This document shows, in pieces, positions 48,608 through 62,147 of a stretch of 64,000 nucleotides of DNA. The notes beneath the pieces were generated by a model. It made no database searches and was not told the DNA's origin. It worked only from the letters and a program-made list of their open reading frames with translations. This DNA is from Vairimorpha necatrix (Eukaryota): contig CP142731.1 of the NCBI GenBank assembly GCA_036630325.1, positions 930,001 through 994,000 of the forward strand. The letters run 5' to 3'. A program made the position numbers and the translations under genes. How positions within the stretch are numbered: position 1 is the stretch's first letter; every line of letters starts with the position of its first letter.

Positions 48608-51314
48608 TTTTTCCTTGATGATTTGTTATGGATTAAATATCCGAATCTGTAACTAGCTATATTTTGAGGTGTAAAATTCCGCAACAATAAATAACTCTGG
48701 AAACTTCATATTGTTCGTGGCAAAAACTTTTTTGTTACTAATCATATAAATGTGTCCCATTCCAAAAATTCATTTGAGATATGTACTAATTTATATAAAT
48801 TGGTCTTCGAACGCTCTTCATTAGTTGTAAAAAATCTTCACTATGTATAAAGACTGAATTTTAATCTCACTATTTTTTTTTGCGTTACCATCAATTGCTC
48901 TAACATATTTAAAATTCGTCTAGTTTTTATTTATAAACATTAATTTAATATCTTTTAACCATCATTTAGCAATAATAACATCTTATTAATAAATTTATAA
49001 ATTTTTTCGCTCTTATTGTTAGTGGTTTTTACTTTCATATACTATTCATCTCAAAAATATATAATTTTTTTTAAGAAAAAAATTTTTTTTGATTAAGCTA
49101 AAAAGTATTTAAACAAAAGTCTTTCTAGACCTTTTTAGATGTTTCTCTTCACAGATATGTAGGTTATCTAATGTGCACCTTTTCGATGGCAAAAGTAATT
49201 TAAAAAAATGCAATGAATAAAAAATAATGTGTAAAAAGGATTAAAAACGCTATCGCAATTCTTTTATGATAATCCAAAACAGTGCGAAATATAAAATTTT
49301 AGAAATAATTGGCGAAGTAGCAAATAAAAAAGACCTTTGACTCGAGATATCTAAAATAATATGAAATCTGTAGAACCCTAAAAGACACTCTAAATAAAGT
49401 ACATGCTATAAAATTAGTACTACTAACTATATTAACACAAAAATGTGAAATTTAGAGAGTTATAAAACATGACCTATGGTCTCTAATTTGAGTCAAAAGA
49501 TTTGATCCATACTTGAAAAAAGTAATAAAAATGCGATAAAATCATGTTTTATTAGTTTTTAATTTGTTAGAAAACTACAACTATTGTATTTAGCAAATAA
49601 AATTATATTATGTAAGCATCCATAGATTACTATTGTGGTTCAAACACTTTTTAATTTGATTTCTATATATTTTTAGAGAAATAAATACACTTTAGTAGAC
49701 ATTTTAATTATTGATAAAAAAGTTAATCTATTGAAACTTAATTTGGAACATTTAAAAAAATGTTTTAAATACTTCTAAGAGTCCCATTAAAAAATTAGTC
49801 GTTATTAAATCAAAGACAAAATACACAAAATTTCAAGCCACGTGTAAACGAATGCTTTATACCTCAAAATTTTGATTTAGACTTATAAACAGCTTATGAT
49901 TTTATAAATTAATTCTGAGACTTACAAATATAAAAATTAGGCAAGAGAACCAGAAATTGAGTTTAAATAAGCCTTAAATGTCAGCTAATTGTGTTTTTAA
50001 TATGGCGATAACATAAAAATGGCTTTATGACAAAATTTATCGAATTAATAATCGTACTAATATGATTAAAGACCCTATCAACCGATCGATTGTGTAATTA
50101 TAGTATGATATTAACTATGTACTAATAATTAACATTAACAGGGCATGAAGATCTCTGTACATATATGGGTGGAATTTTCATCATATTGAAAACACCAATA
50201 GAATTTTTTCGGCATTCTTTTAATTTTAATTCAAATGACGAACTTTTGTATAGTATAAAAAACATAGTTAACAGCTACAACACACTTTTATGTTAACAAT
50301 TATAATTCTTGTTGGGAATAATTATTTTATTGGCTGACATACTAAATTTTGTTTAGGTCAAAATTGTTGTAGTTATACTATAACAATTTCCAGGATTCGG
50401 TTTACGAAAGCACTTTTAATCTAAAACTGGTTCTTCGGCTGCAGATCTCTTAGTTGTTTTTAAACAAAGATAGATCACCTAACTAGAAAATGGTTACAAC
50501 TTGTTTTAAGGTAGTTTTGTTGGGTCGAAAACTTATATACGAGCTAACCTCAAGAAAATTACCTATAAATATGTCAAATGAAGTACTGAAATATTAAAGT
50601 GATAATCGAACTCTGAAAATCATAATTGTTTACTTATAACTAGATATTTTACCTTATCAAATTGATAGGAAAGTTAGTGTGCATGTGAGTTATTTCACGA
50701 TATTTTGTAATTCATAGTAAAATAAATTTATAAAGTCGCCCTATAGCTCATATGATTCGGCATGTCGATGCGACGATGTAAAAAGTCTCGTCTGAGAATT
50801 GTATAGATTAAAGGTAGCTTTTCAAGGGGTGCGTCAAATTTTTGTTAACTCGCCCGGGTTGATTTATTACATATTCTGAAAAAAAATTTTAACGAATTAT
50901 ACAACCTTCAACTGTTTTGTATAATGCATTATTCTATGTGTTGAGCTATAGCTACTTAATAACAACTCAACATGTTACTTGTTGATTATTGATCACATTC
51001 CAAGCTTCGCCGAATCGCAAGTAAGAAAATCAAAGCTTTTTTGTAAAAAAAACTTGTTTAAATTTATATATAACCTAAAAATTAGAATAGAATGAAAAGG
51101 GCTTACGTTTTTTAGAAGGATTCTTCTTAAAGTTCATTAATAATAAACTGCTATAAAATTAGTTAAACCTTTATATATCCAGAGCAATTTATATGGATTC
51201 ATGCTTTGTATTTTTGTAACCCAATCCTTTGAATAATACAATAAGCTTATTAAGAGAGTTTTCATGAATAAAGTAATTCGAAAAATTTACAAGTTTATTT
51301 TTGCATTATTTTTT

Positions 51315-53486
51315 TTATTGTTTCCCCTTGTCTTTTAACGCCTTTATCAAATCATCGTGTAATTTTCCAGCAAAACTATTATAAACTTTAATAAAATGCT
51401 GTTCATTTAAGCTTGATCGAATATAAGCTAAATTTTTTTCACAAATTGATTTTGCGTGTTTATCATTGTTGATTTCATTTTTTAGCAAGTTAATAAGGCC
51501 CTGATGTAAATATCTCCTACGATTATTTTTTATATTTTCTGTTGTATAATATTTTATTGCCATGTGATAATTTTTTTTTGTTTCAACTATTAAGTAGTCT
51601 TTTAATTCTTTATTCATTCTATCAAATTTTTTAATTTCATTAAATGTTTTGTCAATAAAATCTGTTGCCATGTCAATCAACTTAGTCACAATGTTCTCAA
51701 TTAAAAGTTCATCCTGTAAAATTCCAATATCTGTATTTAAAGCCTTTTTTAGTATCTCATTTAAAGTTTTCTTGGAAGGATGTTTTTTTAAAATTTGCAT
51801 TGCGTACATAATTTCATCTTTCTTTTTAGTTCTTATACATTCATATTTTTTATCTTCTTGTATGTTTTTTAATAACTTAGATCTAATACTTTCAACGTAA
51901 TTTTTAACTTCTGTTTTATCAAGTTTTAGATATCTAATAATGTTTTTTTCGGATAATACACTTTTATCATGTTTAAAAAATATATCTGTATTTAATCTAG
52001 AAAATAATGATGCTATAGAACAAATTTTCATTATAATTTTAGCTTTATATTTAATAAAATGATCAAAATAATGACTTGCTAATAGATCTATTGTTTTAAA
52101 TAAATTCATATTTCTTGTAGTACTTTTTTTCGAATCTAGAAGATTATAGATATCTTTGAAATTTTTGAATATAAAATCTTCGTCTATATTATTTTCGTTC
52201 ATGTATCGTTCCGCCTCAATCAATAAACAAATTTGAATCAAATATAATCTTGTCCCATGAGTTGTAGCTAAGTGCTCATAAACAAGGTTTAATAGCTTAG
52301 TCCGAGTACTCTCATGATAGTTATTTTTTAACAACAAACTGGAAAGTATTTTTTCGTCTATTTTTTCATTATGTAAAAACAAAAGAAATAACATATGTAA
52401 TGCCGACCCCCTTCTATTTATTATATTAAAAATTAGTGTATTTATTTTGTCATTATATTTTAATAAATTGTACACTAATTTAACTCCTTTTATATTTTCG
52501 TGGCTATTCATACTAGAGAAGATTTTAAATATTTCCATCATTTCTACAAAAAATGCATCCGACATACCATTTTTCCTTTCAACACTATGTATATAATATT
52601 CTTCATCGTTATGATTTAAAAATATTCTGTCTGATTCAATTTCTACTTTAAGGTACAGATCATCATCAAATATTTCGATAAAATCTTTTGTACTTTTGAT
52701 CGGCAAAGTATGTGGCTTCATATAAAGACTATTGAAATTATCATGTGATTTTTCACTCAACTCAGTAAATTTTTTTAAAATGTCAATTTCAACTTTTTTA
52801 TCGGAGACAATTTCTGTATCTACAATGTTAAAAAGGTCTTCAATATACAACCTGAAAAGGTAGTAATTATTTTCTGAATGAATGTGAAATTTCATATAAT
52901 GCATAGGTTTATCAATCCCTTTTAAAATTACCTCAATATATGATTTTGCACTTTTCAACTTATTATTATAAATTTCACCTAAGAATAGTGTTTCTTCAAA
53001 TAACGAATTTATAGTAAAAATATTTTCATAATAAATTTCATAACCATCTTTTCGTTTGGCATTTATTTCTTTAATATGATTTATAACATCGCCGAAAGTA
53101 AAAGATTTATCGTTATTTATATATGTATCTATTTCACTTTCCTCATACAATAATAAAATTAGGTGATTATTTGGAAAATCAAATTGTGTTTTTATTTTAA
53201 TTTCAATTTCTTCTCTAATGTCATTTATAGATTTATTCTCACAATAAATATATAAAGGAGGTATGGTATTCTGTACATTCCAAATCGACATTCTAACTTT
53301 TATAAAATCTTTATCATATTCATTTTTATTTTTAAAAATATATACGTAGTTATATTTTTTCGTAGAATCAATTGAAAAATAGTCTCTAGTTTCGATTTTA
53401 TGCATAATTTTATCCTTTATTACATTTAATAAACAGGAATTAGCACGCACTACTAAAATCATAAAAAAAAAATTCATGAAAAACAT
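51315..53486 (-). CDS. Large putative secreted protein (~723 aa), intact member of a three-copy family
   Basis: Start at CCCCA-ATG (53486); hydrophobic leader; KDGYEIYYENI and LYLIQICLLIEAE shared with the paralogs. Confidence 0.85.
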   Translation of the reverse strand: MFFMNFFFMILVVRANSCLLNVIKDKIMHKIETRDYFSIDSTKKYNYVYIFKNKNEYDKDFIKVRMSIWNVQNTIPPLYIYCENKSINDIREEIEIKIKTQFDFPNNHLILLLYEESEIDTYINNDKSFTFGDVINHIKEINAKRKDGYEIYYENIFTINSLFEETLFLGEIYNNKLKSAKSYIEVILKGIDKPMHYMKFHIHSENNYYLFRLYIEDLFNIVDTEIVSDKKVEIDILKKFTELSEKSHDNFNSLYMKPHTLPIKSTKDFIEIFDDDLYLKVEIESDRIFLNHNDEEYYIHSVERKNGMSDAFFVEMMEIFKIFSSMNSHENIKGVKLVYNLLKYNDKINTLIFNIINRRGSALHMLFLLFLHNEKIDEKILSSLLLKNNYHESTRTKLLNLVYEHLATTHGTRLYLIQICLLIEAERYMNENNIDEDFIFKNFKDIYNLLDSKKSTTRNMNLFKTIDLLASHYFDHFIKYKAKIIMKICSIASLFSRLNTDIFFKHDKSVLSEKNIIRYLKLDKTEVKNYVESIRSKLLKNIQEDKKYECIRTKKKDEIMYAMQILKKHPSKKTLNEILKKALNTDIGILQDELLIENIVTKLIDMATDFIDKTFNEIKKFDRMNKELKDYLIVETKKNYHMAIKYYTTENIKNNRRRYLHQGLINLLKNEINNDKHAKSICEKNLAYIRSSLNEQHFIKVYNSFAGKLHDDLIKALKDKGKQ

Positions 53487-54238
53487 TGGGGTAAAAAAAA
53501 TTTTCATTAATCAAAATAAACAAAATCAATAATTTCTAAAAGTAAATATTTAATAATATTATTATGTGTTACATTTTAATGAAGAAATAACTAGGTTTTA
53601 GAATTCTAAATGAAAATTAAAATGTATTTATAATATTAAAGTAAGTTCAAAACTTAAGATGATAAAGATATTCTGTGAACATATTTTTGTTAAAACCAAT
53701 TCTAATAATATGACAATATATATACATATCAACGACAACATGAATTTTTTTTTAAAAATTAATATTCTATATTACGGGTCCTACGCCTAATGTGTTTATC
53801 AATGCAAAGTACAATGGAAAATACGGTCTAAATAATGGTATAAATTGAAATAGATTGCTACAATAAGTACAGATATTTTTTTTGCATGGGAATATAAGCT
53901 TTGAGGGCGTGGACATTGCTAAATTTTTTTAAGTTCCGACTCAACACGGCCCGTAAATCAGCAAATCTGTTTTTGAGAAATACATCGACAAAGTCGAATT
54001 TTTCAGATTTGTAATTTATTAGTAAAAATTTGTTTAATATTCTATAAACTTTCTGTTTTTGGATTTTAAAGTAATTTGCGTTTGTGTTAATAGTTCAATA
54101 AAGGCAAAATACAAACCCAATAAATTTGACTCCCTTTTTAAAAATTTACAGACTAGTGGAAATTAATTTTAGTACGATGCAACGATAATAAAATTGTGAC
54201 GGGGAATGGGAAAATATAAGATATATTTTGTGATATCC

Positions 54239-55904
54239 GGTAACCGTAAATTCGCCTGTAGGCGAATTTACGGTTTTCCGCCAAAAATTAAAATTTGCTC
54301 GTTTTTTCGCCAAAAAAAATACAAAAAAAAATTTATTGGTATTAAGAAAAATTAAAAGATTTTAAAAGCTTTATTATAATTTAAATTAAATTTTATTGGT
54401 TATTTAAAAAGCATTTATAATAAAAATAGGTTTATTGAATTTACTTATTCGCATTTAAAATTTACGTGTTGCAGTAAAGCATTCATGTACTCTTCACGAG
54501 AATAATGTTTATAATTTTTAACGATTGTTCTAATTTTTTCCTCCGCTTTTTTGGATTTTGGCTTCAAATAATCCTTTTTCATAACGTTTTAGAGTATATA
54601 TATCCATTCATCAAAATTGAGTATTTTTGAAAAAAAAACGATTTTGGATTTCTTGTCTCATCCTCTTGTTGATGGTTCTATTCCAGTTTTCTGCATTGTT
54701 AGAAGTCCGAGGAATTTCATTTTTTACCCTATCAAATACATTCCAAAAATTTATATTGGCGATAGCTCTCCCACCATTATCTTCTCTTGTTACATAGAAA
54801 ACTAAATAATTATTTTCAAAGTACAACTGAAAGTTAACTGTGGTTGTAATTAATTATTTTGTATAAATTTCTTAATATCTTTATAAAAAACCGGAACATC
54901 TCGTATTGGCACAAAAGCTAATCGAAGAATCTTTTTGAATACTAGATTATAGTTAGAATCGTTTTTAAACTTTTCTATGTCCCTCATTGCCCCGACTCTT
55001 TCATAGGCTGCCTGCCCATGATGAAACAAGCATCCATTATAGTTTGCTTCAGGGAAAGATATTCGTAATGCATTGACCAATCCTCTCTCAAAATCAGTCA
55101 CAAAGTTCTCAACATTCATAGTAACTAATTCTTTGCATTTATCGAAGGCTCTAGAATATGACCTTTCACTTTTTCCCTTGAGTAAAATATAAATGTATGG
55201 AAAACTTTTGCCAAATATATGTCCATGAAAGACGACAATTTGGTAAAATCCTTGAGGAGAAGATTTAAACGTTCCATCGACAACGAACGTGTCTATTTTT
55301 TCAATCATACTTTTATTGAATTCTAAAAAAAATATTATAAATCTATCATTATCCTGCATACCACTATCAAATCTAAGATAACGATTTTTTTTAGAATCTA
55401 CTTGCAAGACTTCGGGTATATCCATAATGCAACCAGTTATAAATCCGAGTCTTGAATTTCTTGTTCGTTATATTGTATCTCTTAAATATTCTATGGAAGG
55501 CATTTTAGTAATATCTAAGCTGGTTGACAATGCTGGGAGTTGTTTTTTATAATTTCTAGGAAGTTTTCATTAATTGTAGCAACTTGTTCTTTTATTTTTT
55601 TGATAGTTCTTTTAAACATGCATTTCTCAGGTACTAATTCATGTGAATGAATAACTTTTTTAACGATTTCGTTTTGTTCATTCATTATAATACCACCCCT
55701 ACAAGACCTATTACTGCACCTCCATCGCCTAGTGCCGTCCTTATTGTAGTCTAAAGTGTATATCTGATCTTCATAGATAAGATTTTGCCCTCCACGTTGA
55801 CCTAGAAAAATTTCAAAGTTGTCGTTCATTTTTTTAAGGGTAGATTTTCGGCGAAAAAAAGGAAAAATTTTATGGGCAAAATTTTTGGCGAATTTACGGG
55901 TACC
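54239..55904 (-). mobile_element. Mutator-like (MULE) DNA transposon with FLYWCH domain; transposase (55829-54445) disrupted
   Basis: FLYWCH WRC..C..HSH, VDGTFK, TDFE, GCLFH and RTSNNAE; TIRs GGTA(A/C)CCGTAAATTCGCC at 54239-54256 and 55887-55904. Confidence 0.9.
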
Positions 55905-55963
55905 CAAGGATATCCTTATCAATTTAATAAATATAGTTAGGGTATGCTTAGTGCAGTTTATAC

Positions 55964-56160
55964 TTATAATTTAACAAGGGTAGGTTCCGCGTTAGCCTCG
56001 TCTGCTTGTGGGTAGTTTCCGTGTTCATAATCATTTCCAAATAGGCTTCGTCTCCTTTGGTAGTCAAGAAAAATGCCTTCTAGCAACTTCTTTTGCGTGA
56101 TTATCTGGATGTACGCTTCTATCTTCTTAAGAATTTCAAGTCTTGTGGTATGATATCCTA
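55964..56160 (-). mobile_element. RLE-type non-LTR 3'-terminal fragment
   Basis: LEILKKIEAYIQIITQKKLLEGIFLDYQRRR matches LEIQPYLEAYIQSIVMKKTLESISLERRR. Confidence 0.7.
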
Positions 56161-57129
56161 ATATCAATAAAATATTTATAAATATTTCCCACAATAATTA
56201 TTTAATTATTTTACCCGATAAGGGGTATTGATAAACAGAGAGTGTAACAATAAAAATATATTTAATACATTCCTGAGTGTTGGGACCACACTTATATAGG
56301 TTAAATAAAAGTTTAAATGTAGAATAATGTATGTTGAGAAATTATTTATTTTTTTAGTCTTAATTCATTTAAATGTCCTAAATAACTACACATAACTGAT
56401 TGAAAAGCTTATATTTTTTATATAACATCTAACTATTTTAATTTTAAAAAGGGTTTTTGCAAGTTTAAACAATTCAATGAATCAAAAACTTATTAGCAAT
56501 AAAAAAATATCCATATAAGACATGTCATTAAAGGCGAAACGTTTGTTTGAGTGTAAAATTTGTTAAATCTTTATGAAAATATGTTTATACAATAAAAAAT
56601 TGCATTTACGGTATCTCGAGCGGATCTAAGTAAAAAACCAATAAAGAGATAGTTTGCATCCATAATGAAACCACGACGAAAATTCTATGCATATTGAAAA
56701 ATAGTTTGTCTTGCGGTGGTTATGGTAATTTTATTAGGTCGAAAAGTAAAATATTATCAAGTTATGTGATAATTGATTAAAGCAGTTTAAAAATAGCCGA
56801 AGGCGGAGTATAAATATTTTATCTGTTTCCTTGCCTGATAATATAAAAATACATTGCCTTGTCATATTGATAATATCATACTTGAAATTAAACATGATAG
56901 GAAAAAATTATATAAGTAATTAAGATCATTTTTATAAAAATCATTTATTGTCAAATAAACTATGTTTTAGTTCATTGTTGAGGAGCTAATTTATAACAAA
57001 AAGTCTGGTTTCGCACGCTACGCCAACATTTATACAAGCCCCTCAGAGGACATATAGAACCTTGTTATACAATCTAAAACACAACATGATCAAGATATTT
57101 AATGAAAACAAATGTATTTGCGCCGTATT

Positions 57130-59276
57130 TTCTTTTTGTCGTAATCTTGATATTCTAACACACTTACCAAATCTTTATGTTTTTCTTCAGATAGGTTATT
57201 AAAATTATAAATTAATGTTTGTTTCTTCATGATTGATCGAATATAATTAATATTTATTCACATGTTGTAGTTATTATTTTATCACTATTAAATTTCATTT
57301 CTAATAAGTTTATAAAACACCGTAGAAAAAATTCTTTGTAATTGTTTCTTGTTTTTTTTGAAATACAACATTTGATAAATGAACGATAATCCCTTTTGTT
57401 TTGGTCTTCAAAATTTTTTTTTATTCTTCACTTATTTTTGATTTTCATCACTAAATCAGAAAACCCACTACCGTTCAAATCCATTGATGTATCTATAAGA
57501 TTTTTTACACACTGTTAAGAAGTATTTTATCAAATGAATTTATACTATTTTTTTTGCAGTTGTTTTAGGCACTGCATCGAATTTTCTCTTAGAAGGATGA
57601 TTTATCAAAATTTGTATTGCTTTTTTAGTTTCATCTTTTTTTATATTATTGTTTTCGTATTTAATATCTTTCTTAGTATTTTTTGTAATTTAATTTGATT
57701 ATTTTCAATTGTATGATTTACCTTCATTTTGTTAGTTTTTAGATATTAAATAATATCATCTTTTAATAAATGTCTTTGGTCGAGATTAAAATAAATGTTT
57801 TTGCATAATCCAGAAAATAATGATACGCTCAGAGATTTTTTTCAACTTTTTTCATATAGTTTTTAATTTGATCAAAATAAAACATACATAATTCTTATAT
57901 TGTTCTAAATAATTACGCCTTTTTATTGAAATGTTTGTTGAATCAATAAGATTAAAAATATCATTTAAATTTTTGAAATTGAGATCTTCACTTGCGTCAT
58001 TTTCATTGATATATCTCTCTGCTTCAATTTACGAACAAATTTGAATTATATAAAATGTAGGTCTACATACCATACATAAATTTTTGTAAGCGGTTTTTAT
58101 TATCTCAATCTTGTTTTTCTCATTTAGTTCTTCCTTGTTTTCAACAGATTATATACTTTTTTTTACCAATCTCAATATAAAATAATAACAAAATAAATAT
58201 CATATTTAAAGCTGATTTAAACCTCTCAATAATTCTTGTGGTCAATATATTTATTTTGTTATTATTCTTCAGTAAATCATACACCGCTTAAAGAACTTTT
58301 TTTTAGATTTATTCATTTCATAAAAAGTTTAAAATTTTTTGGAATTCTTTAACAAAATTATCTTCAATATTATATCCTCCCTTTCGGTAAGTAAATCAAT
58401 ACTATATTCTGATTCATTCTGATAAAAACATATTTATTTAATTCTATCTCCACCTTGAAGTACAAATCGTCGTCCACTATTTTGATATAAATTGGTGTAC
58501 TATTACTGAAAAGTTTTAAACTTTCATATATAATAATATAAATTATCATATGATAATTTACTTAACTCAACAAATTTTTTTAGTATTTCAATTTTAACAT
58601 TAATTAGTAAGCATGTCCGTATCTACAATTTCAATTAAATCTTGAATACAAAACCTAAAGAAATATGATTACTTTCCGCTAGGATTTAATATTAATTAAA
58701 AGAACTGGCTTGTGTATGTATTTAAACAAAATTTCAATGTTAGAATTAAGTTTTGAAACTTGATTATTGATAACTCTATCACTATATATAATTCCCTTAA
58801 ATAAGGAATTAATCATATATATCTTTTCATAAAAAAATTCATATCCCTCTTTTCTTTTTTCATTTTCTTCTAATAACAATTTTACAACATCGCCCATTGT
58901 AATTGATTTAGAGTTGTTTAAAAAGGCGTTTAATTCACTTTCTTCAAACAATAAAATGACTGCAAATCTCCCTTTATATCTAAATTGACATATATATTAT
59001 CTTCATTCTCTTCATTTATTTTTTGCAAATTTTGTTCATACAATCTACAAAAAAAAATATGGGTTATCTCACTTTTCTTGTTCCAGAGATACATTGAACT
59101 TTTAATGCATTTTTTTTTAATTTTCTGCCTTATTCTTGGAAATATAAACGAAATATAGTTTTTTGTGTAATCAAACGATAAATATTCATTACAATCAATT
59201 GTATAATTAATTTTATTTAATAAAGTGGAATTGCTTGCATTACTAAAATATATAATAAAAAATTATAGAAATTTAT
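57130..59276 (-). pseudogene. Pseudogene paralog of 51315-53486
   Basis: Includes ORF 58679-58951 (RKEGYEFFYEKIYMINSLF); colinear similarity with many stops and indels; start codon lost. Confidence 0.85.
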
Positions 59277-60155
59277 TTCTGGTTAAAAATTTAAAATAGA
59301 ATGATTAAAATTTTAAATCTATATAAAAATAGATTTTTGATTTATCGGTCTATTTGGATTTAATAGCTCAACAATAACATTTATACAGTTTATATGGATT
59401 TAAATTTGTTAACCATTTTATCATAATGCTTTTCAAGTTATAGTTAGTAAATAGTTTTTGGCAAGTTCGGCACTAAATAATTATAAAGAAGGGGTTTTTT
59501 ACTTTGATCAAATCATTCTGGATTATAATGCTAATATACGACATAAACGATTGCTTGGTGACAAAAATTGAGCATAAAAATATGATGTTTAGAGACAAAT
59601 ATAAAACATGATGTTATGCAGGGGTAATTCCTGTTTGTATTTTAATTATTTACATTGGTAGTGCTTTCAATTGTGTATATTATTATTGGTTTTGCAATAT
59701 TACTAAACTTTTTACAGATTGATGAATATTTTCAGGGCAAAGTTTTTTGTTTCTTAAGATATTAATAAACAAATATAATTGAGTCTTGCGATTTGATTTT
59801 TGCATTACAAATAAAATATTATGTTTCCTGTATCAAATGTTGTTACAACTTACAATAATACTAGTGCACCGAAAAATGATACATCTGCGGTAAAAATAGA
59901 ACGAGAAAAATATCTATGATAAAAATTTTTCGAATTTAAATATAAAAAGACAACGAAAATTATAAATTAGGGGGAAAACATATTCTCTTCGCCCTCTATT
60001 AAAAAAAATTAAAAGCGTTTAAACATATATCATCAATGTAATCTTTGCAATTATATAATAATTATATTTTTAAATGCATATTTAATATATTTTTGTTGAG
60101 TGTTTTATGTATAAGTTGTATTAAAGATGTATCTTCAGTATTAAAGAGTTATTTT

Positions 60156-60864
60156 GGTACATGACCGTTTGGAACTCGCTTTGGGGAATTGAACTGCATT
60201 GGGAAAATGAACCCGCTTTGGGAAAATAAACCCGCTTTGAAAAATTCAAAAAAGGGAAAAATAAAAAAAAGTTATAAAAAAAAAAACTTGATGATTTATT
60301 TTAAATAATGACAGAAGACAATTAATCCGTTAATTTTTGGGAATTTGAAAAGCCTAGTGAAACTGTAAAAGGTACTCATAGTGTTCTTCTTTGTTTATGT
60401 TAAGATCAAATATCTCTTATATGAATGAGCCGAAACCAACTAAATTATATAATATTGTGACTCAGAATCGCTAGAGGGTACGGCATTTATGGAGTGATTC
60501 TTAGTACTGTGCTCCATCCCTTTGCTTATCTAATGTGACATCATATGCTATCCATTGATTAGAGATCATATAGAAACAGGTTATACATTTTCTTGTATCA
60601 CCTCAAGGAAAAAGCAGTATTCTACTAGTTACAGAAACGAGCAAGGCGCACGCCGATTTAGCATTAAATGTTTCCAAAATAAACTTTTCTTTATATTCAC
60701 CGTATAAATACATTACATCACTAAAAACCTCATCTGCCTCAACAAACATTGTTTTTGCCAATTTTGCCATTTTTTTAAAGGGGGGTCCTTTAAAATTTCA
60801 ATGCGGGTTTATTTTCCCAAAGCGGGTTCATTTTCCCAATGCGGGTTCCAAACGGTCATGTACC
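60156..60864. mobile_element. Non-autonomous TIR element (709 bp) with 8-bp TSD GTTATTTT; Merlin- or Mutator-like
   Basis: Perfect terminal IR GGTACATGACCGTTTGGAAC followed by ~20-bp subterminal repeats; TSD at 60148-60155 and 60865-60872. Confidence 0.92.
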
Positions 60865-61699
60865 GTTATTTTACGTTTCCAAATGATTATAAAATCAAAT
60901 ATTTTTTTATAAGTACATAAGAATAATATTTATATATCTAACAGCATTTTTTAGGCACTGAAGAGTCCACAGATCTAGATAAAAAAAATATTTTACGAGT
61001 GACAGCTTAACTTTGACAAAACAATTTAATCAAAAAATTCAACTAAAGGCCATTTGAAAATTACAATAGCGTTAAATATATGTCACAGAATACTTTTTTT
61101 TGTCTGTTTAGACCATAAGAAAATCTGGCTTGATATCAAATTGATGTAGTTGAAAGGGCGTTAGAAATTATACATTAAATCTCACTAATTTATCAAGTGA
61201 AAAATCATCACAAAAAACATATCCAACACTTGGTATTTTATGATCTTTTTAATTTAAATCGATCACGAGCCATGATATCTTCAGACATGTTACAACTACA
61301 AAAATCGATTATGCAAATAACATTCCTCCGTAAAAAATAGTTCTTTTGCAAGGAAAGCTCAAACTCGATGTCACAGAAAACCAAAATATTATCTAATAAC
61401 AATGTTTGCTGATTTAAATTACAAAATAATGATTTTTACTCGGGCGATTTATTTTTATCTACAATACGCGATATTATCAGATAACAATTTTATCTCTGAA
61501 TAACCTAATTTATTTTATAAAAATCAATAAAAAAAAAATATTTACGAAGAAAAATTAGTATAAGTTATTATATATTTGCACATATATTTTATGCGTTGTT
61601 TATGAGATTTGGATCTTTACATATAACCAATACTGGTTTCTTATTTGTGCCTTATTGTTCTTATAGAAAACAATTCTCTCCTTCTGCACGAACTATTTA

Positions 61700-62040
61700 T
61701 TGGAAAAACCTTCGAGCTAGTTAATTAAAGCCTATCCTCTTCATTCACTCCAAAGTCTTCTTGATCGCATCCTCGTTTTAGATCCGTAAAGGCTGCTTCA
61801 ATAGTCTTTTTTAACACAATAAATTAGGTGTATTCTTCAATAAAGAATTTATTTGCAACTAATAAAATAAAATTCTATATACATTAAATTCTACGCTCAA
61901 TCAATAGTCTTGAGAAACTTATAAACGTACCTTTAAGTTTTATAGGAACTTTGGGATTTGAAATAGCGAGGTAAGACGATTATAGAAACGAATTTAATAA
62001 TCATTATGGTTCTTAAATGTACTTACCATGAGTTACGATT
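61700..62040 (-). mobile_element. RLE-type non-LTR 3' fragment
   Basis: IVLKKTIEAAFTDLKRGCDQED matches IVMKKTLESISLERRRGYDQED. Confidence 0.6.
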
Positions 62041-62147
62041 AGCTTCATAATATACGTTTTTATAAGAATTTTCTTTTATTTACATTAATTGATTTACAAA
62101 AACAATGAAAATTTTATTTTTTATTGGTGCTATTTTTTTGCCCATAA

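Noticed and set aside
46750-51030. Several GC-richer patches resembling decayed transposon coding sequence
   Set aside because: Motifs are fragmentary and not in a consistent order
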